The notes below the pieces were generated by a model. The model was not told the DNA's origin. It was given only the letters and a program-made list of their open reading frames with translations, and made no database searches. Shown one piece after another: positions 10,669-19,424 of a DNA stretch of 64,000 nt (position 1 is its first letter; each line of letters begins with the position of its first letter). This DNA comes from an uncultured Planctomycetota bacterium (GTDB lineage: Bacteria; Planctomycetota; Planctomycetia; Isosphaerales; Isosphaeraceae): the NCBI GenBank assembly GCA_963737655.1, contig CAVTTN010000002.1, forward strand, positions 3,840,001 to 3,904,000, written 5' to 3'. The translations under genes and the position numbers were made by a program.

Positions 10669-13668
10669 ATGACCGAGGACCGACCTGGCCGATGGGACGA
10701 GAGCGATCGCCCCTTGATTGACGGGTGGGACCTCGCCGTCAGCGAGGCGCCGCGGGGAGAGAGCCTCAACGGTCCGGCGGACCGGGACCTTTCCTTCCGA
10801 ATCGCCGAACCCGCCCCGCCCGATGCGCCGCCTGGGCCGGTCTTCCAATCTACCCGGACCCTCGTCCCGAGGCCCGATCCGGCCCGATCGGGCCTCGCCT
10901 TCCCGCGAGAAGGCCAGGTCCTCGGCGGTTTCCGGATCGTCGGGGAGCTTGGACGAGGTGCGTTCGCCAGGGTCTACCTGGCCGAGCAGGTCGAGCTCGG
11001 CGGCCGGAAAGTCGCGCTCAAAATCGCGGAGGCGCTGGGCGATGAGCCCCAGGCCCTGGCCCGGCTCCAGCATGCTCACATCGTCCCGATTCATTCGATC
11101 CACGACGATCCGGCGACCGGGTTCCGCCTGCTTTGCATGCCGTTCGTGGGCGGGGCGAACCTCGCTCAGATCCTCGCCGAGGCCGGGGCCCGCTCCCCGA
11201 CTCTGGACCAGGGCCGAAGCCTGGTCGAGGCCCTCGACCTGCTCAACGCCGGTCCGGCGACGCGCAAGGGCGTGGAGTCGCCATCCTGCGTCGGCGACTC
11301 GACCACGAACCTGACGAAACCGGCCGACGGGCTGGCCCGGGAAGAGCGATCCCCGTCCCTGGTGCGATCCCTTCTGGGTCGATACTGGGTCCGGCTCCCC
11401 TGGGGTTCCCAGCTCGAACCCGCCGGTCCCGGTCAAGAGGCAGTCGAGGAGAGGAACCGGCCCGCCCGCCGCTATCTTCAGTCGCATTCCTACGTCCAGG
11501 CGGCCGCGTGGATCACCGCCCGGCTCGCTGAAGGACTCGAACATGCCCACGAGCGCGGCATCCTCCACCGAGACCTCAAGCCCTCCAACATCCTGATCGC
11601 CGCCGATGGCACGCCGATGCTCCTGGATTTCAACCTCGCCGCCGAGGCGGACGATCGGCAGGAGAGGGGCGACCGGGCCCGCCTCGGCGGCACCCTGCCT
11701 TACATGGCCCCCGAGCATCTCGACGCCTTCAACCCGATGGGGACGACCTCTCCCGAGGCCGTCGATCGACGATCCGATCTCTATTCTCTCGGCCTGATCC
11801 TCTGGGAAATCCTTGGAGGACACCACCCCTTCGACGATCCTCCGGTCGGCAACCGCCTGATCGAGGCCGTCACCTTCATGACCGCCGAAAGGCGCCGAGG
11901 GGCGCCGTCAGTCCGCGAGTCCAACCCGATGGTCCCTCCCAGCCTCGACGCGATCCTCGCCAAGAGCCTGGCCCCGGAACCGGCCCGCCGCTACTCCCGG
12001 GCTTCCGAATTCGCCGAGGACCTCAACCGGTTCCTGGACGACCTCCCCAACCGCTTCGCCCCCGAGCCCAGCCCCAAGGAGAGGCTGGCGAAATGGTGGA
12101 AGCGCCACCCTCAGTTTCGAGGGGCCGGGCCCGTGGCGGCCACGGCCGCGTTCCTTCTCCTGCTCGTCGGGATGGTCTCGATGGCCGTCTTTGAAGGGGC
12201 GCAAACCGTCAAGGCCCGCCTCGTCCGGGCCCACTTCCGCGACAATTTCGCCCGCTGTCAGCTCCTCCTGAACACGGCGAGCGGGCCATCGAGCCACCTC
12301 GGCCGGGGGCTGGAAGAGGCCGAGCGAGCTTTGGCACCATATCGCGTCCTGTCGGACTCCAAATGGAGCAGGGCAGCCATGGTCCGATTGCTCCCGGCCG
12401 AGGAACAAACCGCCCTCCGCGAGGAGGTCTCCGAGCTGCTTCTGCTGACGACCCGGGCCCGCGTGGCCTCGGCCCGATCTCGGTCGGAGCCCGTCCGCCG
12501 GAAGGCCCTGCTGGAGGCCGTGGCGCGACTCTCCCTGGCCGAACGGATCGACCCTCGCCCTTCGGCGGCCCTGTTCGAGGACCGGGCGCGTTATCTCGCC
12601 GCCCTGGGCGAGGCCCGCCAGGCTCGGGCCGATCGCGACCGAGCCTCGCAAATCCCCTTGACCTCGGCCCGAGATTATTACCTCGCCGGGATGGCCCACG
12701 CCGGTTCGGGGGCGATCGACCAGGCCGAGGCCGAGCTCTCTCGGGCCATCGCCATCGACCCCCAGCGGTTCTGGGCCTGGTTCGTCCTGGGAACCTGCCA
12801 CTTCGACGCCGGCCGGTTCGAGGCCGCGGCGGGGGATTTTTCCGCCTGCACCCTGCTCGCACCGGATTTCGCCTGGCCCCATCTCAACCGAGGGCTGGCG
12901 CTGGCGTCGGCGGGCCATCTCGCCTCGGCGAGGGCCGAGTATGATCGGGCCCTGGCCCTGAGCCCGGACTTCGTGGAAGCCCTGGTGAACCGCGCGCTCG
13001 TCTGCCTCCAATCCGACGATCCCACGCAGGCCGAGGCCGACCTGCGGAGGGCCCAGCACCTCGGTCGCCGCGAGGCCCCTCTGCTCGCCGCTCGGGCCGA
13101 GGCCCTCTCTCGACTCGGTCGCCGCGACCAGGCCGAAGCCGAGTTCGCCGAGGCCCTCAAGATCCGGCCCGACGACCCGGCGATCCTCGTGGCCAGAGGC
13201 TTCTCCCGGCTGACCGTCGACCCGGCCGGCTCGGCCAGCGATTTTGGCCGGGTCCTGGATCGAAATCCCCGCCATGCCCGCGCCTCCCTCGGCATGGCTC
13301 GACTCCGAGCCCAGGATCGACCCGAGGCACTCCGCCTCGTGGATTCGGCCCTCGACGCCGATCCCACTCTCGGTGACGCCCGCCAGTTTCGCGCCCTTCT
13401 CCGGGCTCGTTCCGGCCTGCGCTCGGCGGTGGCCGATGTCGATCTCCTCGTCGCGACTCCTTCGCCTCATTCCTTTTACAACGCCTCGTGTGCCCTGGCC
13501 GTCCTCGCCGAGAAGACCGGCGATTCTTCCTATCTGGCCCGAGCCGTCGGGCTGCTTCGGAGGGCGATCGTCCTCGGCTTCCCCCGCGAGATCGCCTCGC
13601 GAGATCCCGACCTGCTCCCCCTCCGCAATCGCCCTGAGTTCCGGGCGATCGTCGGAGAGGGCGATTGA
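10669..13668 (+). CDS. Hanks-type Ser/Thr protein kinase with TM segment and C-terminal TPR repeats
   Basis: LGRGAFARV, VALK, HRDLKPSN, DFN, GGTLPYMAPE; hydrophobic segment AFLLLLVGMVSMAV; TPR repeats such as LNRGLALA...A.AEYDRAL.L.P. Confidence 0.92.
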   Translation: MTEDRPGRWDESDRPLIDGWDLAVSEAPRGESLNGPADRDLSFRIAEPAPPDAPPGPVFQSTRTLVPRPDPARSGLAFPREGQVLGGFRIVGELGRGAFARVYLAEQVELGGRKVALKIAEALGDEPQALARLQHAHIVPIHSIHDDPATGFRLLCMPFVGGANLAQILAEAGARSPTLDQGRSLVEALDLLNAGPATRKGVESPSCVGDSTTNLTKPADGLAREERSPSLVRSLLGRYWVRLPWGSQLEPAGPGQEAVEERNRPARRYLQSHSYVQAAAWITARLAEGLEHAHERGILHRDLKPSNILIAADGTPMLLDFNLAAEADDRQERGDRARLGGTLPYMAPEHLDAFNPMGTTSPEAVDRRSDLYSLGLILWEILGGHHPFDDPPVGNRLIEAVTFMTAERRRGAPSVRESNPMVPPSLDAILAKSLAPEPARRYSRASEFAEDLNRFLDDLPNRFAPEPSPKERLAKWWKRHPQFRGAGPVAATAAFLLLLVGMVSMAVFEGAQTVKARLVRAHFRDNFARCQLLLNTASGPSSHLGRGLEEAERALAPYRVLSDSKWSRAAMVRLLPAEEQTALREEVSELLLLTTRARVASARSRSEPVRRKALLEAVARLSLAERIDPRPSAALFEDRARYLAALGEARQARADRDRASQIPLTSARDYYLAGMAHAGSGAIDQAEAELSRAIAIDPQRFWAWFVLGTCHFDAGRFEAAAGDFSACTLLAPDFAWPHLNRGLALASAGHLASARAEYDRALALSPDFVEALVNRALVCLQSDDPTQAEADLRRAQHLGRREAPLLAARAEALSRLGRRDQAEAEFAEALKIRPDDPAILVARGFSRLTVDPAGSASDFGRVLDRNPRHARASLGMARLRAQDRPEALRLVDSALDADPTLGDARQFRALLRARSGLRSAVADVDLLVATPSPHSFYNASCALAVLAEKTGDSSYLARAVGLLRRAIVLGFPREIASRDPDLLPLRNRPEFRAIVGEGD

Positions 13669-13712
13669 ATCCACGGTCTCGCTCAGCTGTACTTTCCGGG
13701 TGAATGTATATC

Positions 13713-15044
13713 TCATGCGGCCAAGCTGAGCAGCCTTTCTGCCATGGCCTGGATTTCCGCCTCGGTCGCCCCCGGGCGTAGAGTCGCACGAATCTCCTCG
13801 CCCAGCAATTCACGACGCCACGCCCGCCGCTTGTCCGCGTGGCTCGGACGGCGCGGCGAGCTATCCCACGGCGAGCCCGAGCGGTCTACCAACTCCTCCT
13901 GCTTCCGGCCCCAGGCCCACGCCTCGGTCCGCGTGAACGTCCACAGGCAGACGTGGAACGCCCCGATGTTCGCCCAGATGAACCGCACCTGCTGTTGGCC
14001 CGCCCCGACGACCTGCTTGCACTCGCGAAAGGTGATCTCCAGGCTGAACCGGTCGGACACCATCCCCAGGATGTCGGCCACGCTCGCCTCGGTGTCGGAG
14101 CAGAAATAGGCCCGCCATCCGGTCGGCTCATCGACCAGCACCACTCGGATCGCGCCACCGGCCGGCCGCCAGGTCGCCAGGAACGTCTTGTACTTCTTGA
14201 CCGCCTTCTGCCCGTAAAGGTCGAACGTGTCGGACGACCAGCCACGCCGCTGGCCGCCTCGCTTGGCCAGGTCGATCTTTTCCTCCCCGTAGGTCCGCGG
14301 CCGGCCCCGCTTCCCCGCCGGCCGTGGGCCGGGCAACGTCCGCAACGCCGCATCCTTTCTGAGTCGGCTGACGACCGTCATGCCCAGTGACATCGCCGGC
14401 TTGAGGAAGGCCGCCTTGGCATAGGCACCGTCGGCCACCACCCGGATCGGCAATCCCAGCAGCCCCAGCCAGGGCTTGGCCCACCGCAGCAGTTCGACGG
14501 CCGTTTCCAGCTTGGTGCGGAACGGCGGCCGATGCTTCGGGTCGATGCCCGGCAGGTCCTTCTTGCGGACGTAGAGCCGGGCCAGCAGCGGCAGGGCGAC
14601 GACTCCCCACGACGGATGGGCCACGAGCAGGGCCAGGACGACGAAGACATGGCCGTAGACATAGGGCGAACCGGCAGGGCCGGGTGTCGGGTTGTGATGC
14701 ACGCCGGCCCCCTGGACGTGCGGGCCATACCGCTTCGTCGGGGTGTCGTCCAGGGCGAGGGTTAGCCGCGTGGCCCCCTTGAGGAGCGGCCGGACCACCT
14801 CGGTCAGCAGTCGTCGGGCGATGCGATCGGCCCGCTTGCCGGCGGCCGCCACGGCGACGTAGCAGCGCTGATATTGACCGCCGAGCTTGGCCGCCCTGAT
14901 CCAGGTGGTGACGGTGCGCCGGCCCCGGGCCAGGACGGCGCCGAGGAACAGCAGGGCGAGCCGGGGAGCGGAGCGACGGTCGAGGGCGACGGCGAGCCAG
15001 GAGAACCACTGGCACGGGGCGGGCGTGAGACGCGAGGATGTCAT
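13713..15044 (-). CDS. IS701-family DDE transposase
   Basis: LALDDTPTKRYG, VVADGAY, RFSLEITFRECKQ (DDE triad region); lies inside the terminal inverted repeats. Confidence 0.9.
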   Translation of the reverse strand: MTSSRLTPAPCQWFSWLAVALDRRSAPRLALLFLGAVLARGRRTVTTWIRAAKLGGQYQRCYVAVAAAGKRADRIARRLLTEVVRPLLKGATRLTLALDDTPTKRYGPHVQGAGVHHNPTPGPAGSPYVYGHVFVVLALLVAHPSWGVVALPLLARLYVRKKDLPGIDPKHRPPFRTKLETAVELLRWAKPWLGLLGLPIRVVADGAYAKAAFLKPAMSLGMTVVSRLRKDAALRTLPGPRPAGKRGRPRTYGEEKIDLAKRGGQRRGWSSDTFDLYGQKAVKKYKTFLATWRPAGGAIRVVLVDEPTGWRAYFCSDTEASVADILGMVSDRFSLEITFRECKQVVGAGQQQVRFIWANIGAFHVCLWTFTRTEAWAWGRKQEELVDRSGSPWDSSPRRPSHADKRRAWRRELLGEEIRATLRPGATEAEIQAMAERLLSLAA

Positions 15045-15145
15045 CGGGGGCCGGCTCCGCTCGGGGTGTCAGGCTGGTGTAGTAACCGCCATCGTCCCGC
15101 TCGGGCCGGCCCCCGTCTAATCGATTTGGACAGGCGGCTCCGCTC

Positions 15146-15520
15146 GTGTGTATCCAGGGAACGCTCCAACGAGACGACGGCCAGCCGCTGGGCACACCGA
15201 CTTCGGTCCAGCAGTCACTTCGCGCCGTATTCCCTGATGTCGCGTTCGACTGGTCACCGTCCGGCCGGGAGAAGCTCGCGAGCCTTAACGCACGAGGGAT
15301 CGCGCTGCCAGAGATGGTGAGTGGAGCCCTGGAGCAGCGACCCTCCTTCATGTGCGGCCACGTGGAATCCGAATCATACGAAGTCACCTTCAACCTCGGT
15401 ACCGGCGGTCCTGTGGAGCGAGTCTGGGTTCAGGTCAACCGGGGCGTTGCCCAGGTCTCCCACTGCTGGGAGATACTCTGTCTGAGCACGGGCTGGGAAC
15501 TGAGCCTCGAGAGCGGCTGA
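15146..15520 (+). CDS. Hypothetical passenger protein inside the IS
   Basis: 124-aa ORF filling the space between the transposase start and the right inverted repeat; normal globular composition, unlike the R/P/G-rich shadow ORFs. Confidence 0.6.
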   Translation: MCIQGTLQRDDGQPLGTPTSVQQSLRAVFPDVAFDWSPSGREKLASLNARGIALPEMVSGALEQRPSFMCGHVESESYEVTFNLGTGGPVERVWVQVNRGVAQVSHCWEILCLSTGWELSLESG

Positions 15521-15589
15521 TTCCAATCCTCGCGCGGCCTCGGACCCGACCGACGGTTCGGAAGCTATAAAATCCCGGAAAGTACAGGC

Positions 15590-16858
15590 TCAGAATCCGC
15601 CTTCGAAACACTCGCGGATCGTTGGCAGATACTTCTCGGGCGACGCCGTATTGACCAGGACCACGCGATCCCCGGGACGGATCAGGCCCCGATCGGCGAT
15701 CTCGGGAAGGGCGGCGAGGGTCGCGGCACCCTCGGGCGACCAGGCGAACCGCCGAACCCGCCACTCCTCGGCGATCGTCCGGCGGATCTGGTCGTCCGAG
15801 ACCCTCACCGCCGCCCCTCCGCTCTCGGCCATGATCCGCAAGACATGAGCATGCCCGACGTTTTTCGCCACGTTCAGGCCGGTGGCCAGGGTCCGGCCCG
15901 GCGGCTTCGGGGTGATGTCGCCTTCGCCGGCCTCGAAGGCCCGGACGATGGGATCGGTCGCAACCGACTGGACGCAGATCATCCTCGGTCGATCCGGACC
16001 GACCAGCCCCAGCGCTTCCAACTCATCGAACGCCTTGGCCATGCCGACCACGCCGGTGCCTCCGCCGGTGGGATAAACGATCACTTGGGGCAGGGACCAG
16101 GTCCGCGACGCCAACCGATCTCCCCGCGGCTCGGCCATCTCCAGCCCGAGTGTCTTCTTGCCCTCGGTCCGCCAGCCCGGCTCCTGGAACGTCGCGACGC
16201 TGAAGTATCCATTCGGAACATAATGCTCACGAACCCTTTGCGCACAATCGACGATCGTGCCGGGGACCAGCTCCAGGGTGATCCGATCGGGATGGAGCGC
16301 GGCCAGGGCCGCCACGCTCCCGAGGACCGGCAAGTCCGTCTCAGGCGACATCACCACGGCCGCCCGGATTCCGCCGGCCTCGGCGTATCGGGCCAGGGCG
16401 TCCCCGGCGTTGCCCTGGGTCGGCACCGCGAGCCGGTCCAGACCCAGCCACTTCGCCATGGAGACCGTCATCGCCATCCCGCGATCCTTGAACGAGAGCG
16501 TCGGGTTGGCTCCGAACCCGGGATGGTGCCGGCCTTCGTCCTTGACCCGCAAGTCGCACCCGAGCGACCGCCCGAGCGGGTGTTCGTACGCGATCTCGGG
16601 CGTGAACCCTTCCCCGAGGTCGACGATCGAGGTGCGATCGGCAGGGTCGGTGACGTCGAGTGGAAGGAGACCGCCAAATCGCCACAAGTCGTGACGTGAT
16701 GGGTCCCAGAAGCCATCCGGGCCGCATGCGGACTTGAGCCGGTCCAGGTCCATCATGACCTGGACCGGCCTCCCGCAGCCGTCACAAAGGTTCATGATCC
16801 GATCAGCCGGATAGCATGCCCGGCAGGTCGCGCAGGCCAGGTGCGAGACAAATCTCAT
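15590..16858 (-). CDS. thrC: Threonine synthase (PLP fold type II)
   Basis: N-terminal CxxC...CxxC, LGEGFTP, NPTLSFKDRG (PLP lysine), GNAG, EGKKTLGLE, YPTGGGTG. Confidence 0.85.
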   Translation of the reverse strand: MRFVSHLACATCRACYPADRIMNLCDGCGRPVQVMMDLDRLKSACGPDGFWDPSRHDLWRFGGLLPLDVTDPADRTSIVDLGEGFTPEIAYEHPLGRSLGCDLRVKDEGRHHPGFGANPTLSFKDRGMAMTVSMAKWLGLDRLAVPTQGNAGDALARYAEAGGIRAAVVMSPETDLPVLGSVAALAALHPDRITLELVPGTIVDCAQRVREHYVPNGYFSVATFQEPGWRTEGKKTLGLEMAEPRGDRLASRTWSLPQVIVYPTGGGTGVVGMAKAFDELEALGLVGPDRPRMICVQSVATDPIVRAFEAGEGDITPKPPGRTLATGLNVAKNVGHAHVLRIMAESGGAAVRVSDDQIRRTIAEEWRVRRFAWSPEGAATLAALPEIADRGLIRPGDRVVLVNTASPEKYLPTIRECFEGGF

Positions 16859-17098
16859 GGGGTCGAAACCGAGGGCCTCGGGACGGAATTGGACGCCATC
16901 CTACCAGGACGAGGGCCGGGCGGAGAAAAATCGCGAAGCTCGATGAATAGTCGGCCAGGTTCCGACGTTACACTATCGACAGTCGCCCGCCGCCGGCCTC
17001 CAACCTCCCGGGTCCTTCCCGATCGGCCGATCTGGCGGGACGATCCCGACCTGAAACGCTCTTCTTCGTTCGTTTCCGATTCAGAAAGGTGGTTCGCC

Positions 17099-18835
17099 AT
17101 GCGTTCCATGCTTCGGTCCCTGACGACGGCCGCCGTTTTTGGCGGCCTGCTGTTCGCCGGGTTCAGCCCGCTGCGAGCCGCCGATCCGCCCAAGACCAAG
17201 GGCAAGACGAAGGTTGCGGCGACGGCCGCCCCGGCCTCGGAAGAGAACATCGAGAACATCAGCCTGCTCGACGGCCTGCGCTCGGGCGACCTCGCGGTCG
17301 AAGCCGAGGGCCGGGGTGATGGGCGGATGAACGTCACGATCACGAACAATACGGGCAAGAAGCTGCGGGTGGTCCTGCCCCCCGGCCTCGTCGCGGGCGG
17401 AGCCTCAGGCCAGTTCGGCGGCGGCGGCTTCGGCGGCGGCGGCATGGGCGGTGGCATGGGCGGCATGGGTGGCGGCATGGGTGGGATGGGCGGCGGTATG
17501 GGTGGCATGGGTGGTGGCATGGGCGGCATGGGCGGCGGCATGGGTGGTATGGGCGGCGGCATGGGCGGTGGTATGGGCGGCGGCATGGGCGGCGGCATGG
17601 GCGGCGGCATGGGCGGCGGCGGGATGGGCGGCGGTGTGATGCCCGCCTCGATGGGCATGATGATGCTCGGCCGGCTGATCATGCAGCTTGTCGGCGACAA
17701 GGATAGCTGGGATCAGCGGTCCCTGATGATGGGGATGATGGGCGGCATGGGCGGTGGCATGGGCGGCATGGGCGGCGGCATGGGCGGTATGGGCGGCGGC
17801 ATGGGCGGCGGGATGATGGGCGGCATGGGCGGCGGTATGCGATCGGTTCCGCCGACCGGCATCCTTCATGCGACCCTCCAGCCCGGCCAGACCCGTGAGC
17901 TGCCCACCACCCTGGTGAGCCTGATGCCCCCGACGGATGACCTCAAGGTCTCCCTTCCCGGCAAGGGCGAGCGTCTCCAGCTCGGCGAGGCCTCGGATAT
18001 CCTGGAAGACAGCCCGCTCGTCCAGTCGGCCCTCCGCCGGCTGGCGTCCGAGAAGGCCCCGGCCTCGGTGGCCCAGCTCGTCCTCTGGAACCTCCGCGCC
18101 GGTCTCGACTGGGCGACGATCGCCAAGGTGGCCCGCCCCTGGGCGAACGCCAACGAGGTCGCCCTGGCCCGCCACTTCGTCAAGACGCTGACGGCCCTCA
18201 ACGGCGACCTGCCGAAGACCGATTCGGGCGTCGTCTACTTCGACGTCTCGGCCCAGGACGGCGGCCATGAGGGCCTGGTCGAGGAGCTTCGCGGCCTCCT
18301 GAAGAACCAGGCGGTCCTCGGCCTGGCGATCGAGATGGGCATCCCGAGCCGTCCCGAGGGTCCGGCCCTGGCTTGCCGGGTCCGCCTGGTTGGCACCGGA
18401 GCGGCGACCGAGGCGGTCGTCCAGGTCCAGACGACCGACGCGACCGGCCGGGAGTGGGCGTCGGCCGGCAAGTTCTCGCTCCCCCTGTCCCGCGATGATA
18501 AGGGCACGATCGCCGCGGCCAAGCTGATGGACTCCGTGGCCGAGGGCACCCTGGGCCGGCTCGTCTCGGTCAAGCTCATCAAGGAGAAGGGCCGCGACAG
18601 GAAGGGCAACGAGATCTTCCGCATCCGCATCGAGAACGCCAGCCCCCTGATCCTCAACGGGATCTCGCTGGCCGGCACCCCGGTCAAGGCCGCCGAGGAC
18701 CAGCCCTCGACCCTCTCCGGGATCAGCCTGCCCCCCCGCAAGAACCTGACCGTCCCGGCGACCGCTCAGATGGTCGATCGCCTGGGCCTCCGCGACGGCA
18801 TCCGCGTCCTGGCCGCGGACCTCAGCGGTCTTTGA
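17099..18835 (+). CDS. Exported hypothetical protein with long Gly/Met low-complexity tracts
   Basis: ATG after AGAAAGGTGG; signal peptide; GGM repeats between globular segments. Confidence 0.85.
   Translation: MRSMLRSLTTAAVFGGLLFAGFSPLRAADPPKTKGKTKVAATAAPASEENIENISLLDGLRSGDLAVEAEGRGDGRMNVTITNNTGKKLRVVLPPGLVAGGASGQFGGGGFGGGGMGGGMGGMGGGMGGMGGGMGGMGGGMGGMGGGMGGMGGGMGGGMGGGMGGGMGGGMGGGGMGGGVMPASMGMMMLGRLIMQLVGDKDSWDQRSLMMGMMGGMGGGMGGMGGGMGGMGGGMGGGMMGGMGGGMRSVPPTGILHATLQPGQTRELPTTLVSLMPPTDDLKVSLPGKGERLQLGEASDILEDSPLVQSALRRLASEKAPASVAQLVLWNLRAGLDWATIAKVARPWANANEVALARHFVKTLTALNGDLPKTDSGVVYFDVSAQDGGHEGLVEELRGLLKNQAVLGLAIEMGIPSRPEGPALACRVRLVGTGAATEAVVQVQTTDATGREWASAGKFSLPLSRDDKGTIAAAKLMDSVAEGTLGRLVSVKLIKEKGRDRKGNEIFRIRIENASPLILNGISLAGTPVKAAEDQPSTLSGISLPPRKNLTVPATAQMVDRLGLRDGIRVLAADLSGL
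17417..17839 (+). repeat. Coding GGC-GGC-ATG-type tandem repeats (two tracts: 17417-17635 and 17726-17839)
   Basis: Repeated GGM/GGGM units with synonymous variation (GGC/GGT/GGG). Confidence 0.9.
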
Positions 18836-18875
18836 TCCCGGCCGATCCTTCGGGATCGATCCACGAGCAACCTTC

Positions 18876-18913
18876 GGCCGGGGGCGAGGAGTGATCCTCG
18901 CCCCCGGCCTTTT
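18876..18913 (+). terminator. Rho-independent terminator
   Basis: Perfect 15-bp stem GGCCGGGGGCGAGGA / TCCTCGCCCCCGGCC, loop GTGA, followed by TTTT; lies between convergent genes. Confidence 0.8.
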
Positions 18914-18933
18914 CCTTGCGCGACCCGAACGCC

Positions 18934-19383
18934 TCAGCCTCCGAGTTGACGGATCGCCTCGAAGAGCCCGACCGCCACGGCATTGGCGAGGTTCAGGCTC
19001 CGGGCCTCGGGTCGAATCGGGATTCTCACGGCAAGATCGTCGGCATCCTCGATCCAGGGCTCGGGCAGGCCGCGGCTCTCCGGGCCGAAGACCAGGCCGT
19101 CCCCGGGCCGGAACTCGGCCGAGGAGTAGACGCGAGCCGCCTTGGTCGTGAACAGCCAGAGGCGATCGGGGCCGTCCGGTCCCGCGACCTCCTCCAGGCC
19201 ATCGACGACCTTCAGGTCGAGGTCATTCCAGTAATCGAGCCCGGCTCTCTTGATCTGGCGATCGTCCAGGTGGAAGCCGAGGGGCCGGATTAGCCACAAC
19301 CGGGCCCCCACCGCCACGCAGGTCCTCCCGATCGCACCGACGTTCGCCGCGATCTCGGGTTGGACCAGGACGACGTGGAGCAT
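18934..19383 (-). CDS. trmL: tRNA (cytidine/uridine(34)-2'-O)-methyltransferase, SPOUT family
   Basis: VLVQPEIAANVGAIGRTC, PLGF, RAGLDYW, FGPESRGLP, RSLNLANAV. Confidence 0.93.
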   Translation of the reverse strand: MLHVVLVQPEIAANVGAIGRTCVAVGARLWLIRPLGFHLDDRQIKRAGLDYWNDLDLKVVDGLEEVAGPDGPDRLWLFTTKAARVYSSAEFRPGDGLVFGPESRGLPEPWIEDADDLAVRIPIRPEARSLNLANAVAVGLFEAIRQLGG

Positions 19384-19424
19384 GGCGAGTCCCGAACGGC
19401 CGGCCGGCTCGAACCGTCTCCGGC

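Larger units (their letters stand above)
13687..15587 (-). mobile_element. IS701-family insertion sequence (1901 bp) with passenger ORF
   Basis: Perfect 14-bp terminal inverted repeats CTGTACTTTCCGGG (13687-13700) and CCCGGAAAGTACAG (15574-15587), flanked by direct repeat GCTCAG (13681-13686, 15588-15593). Confidence 0.9.

Noticed and set aside
17417..17839. Tandem repeats as a possible CRISPR array
   Set aside because: No unique spacers, codon-periodic, inside a CDS, and no cas genes in the window.
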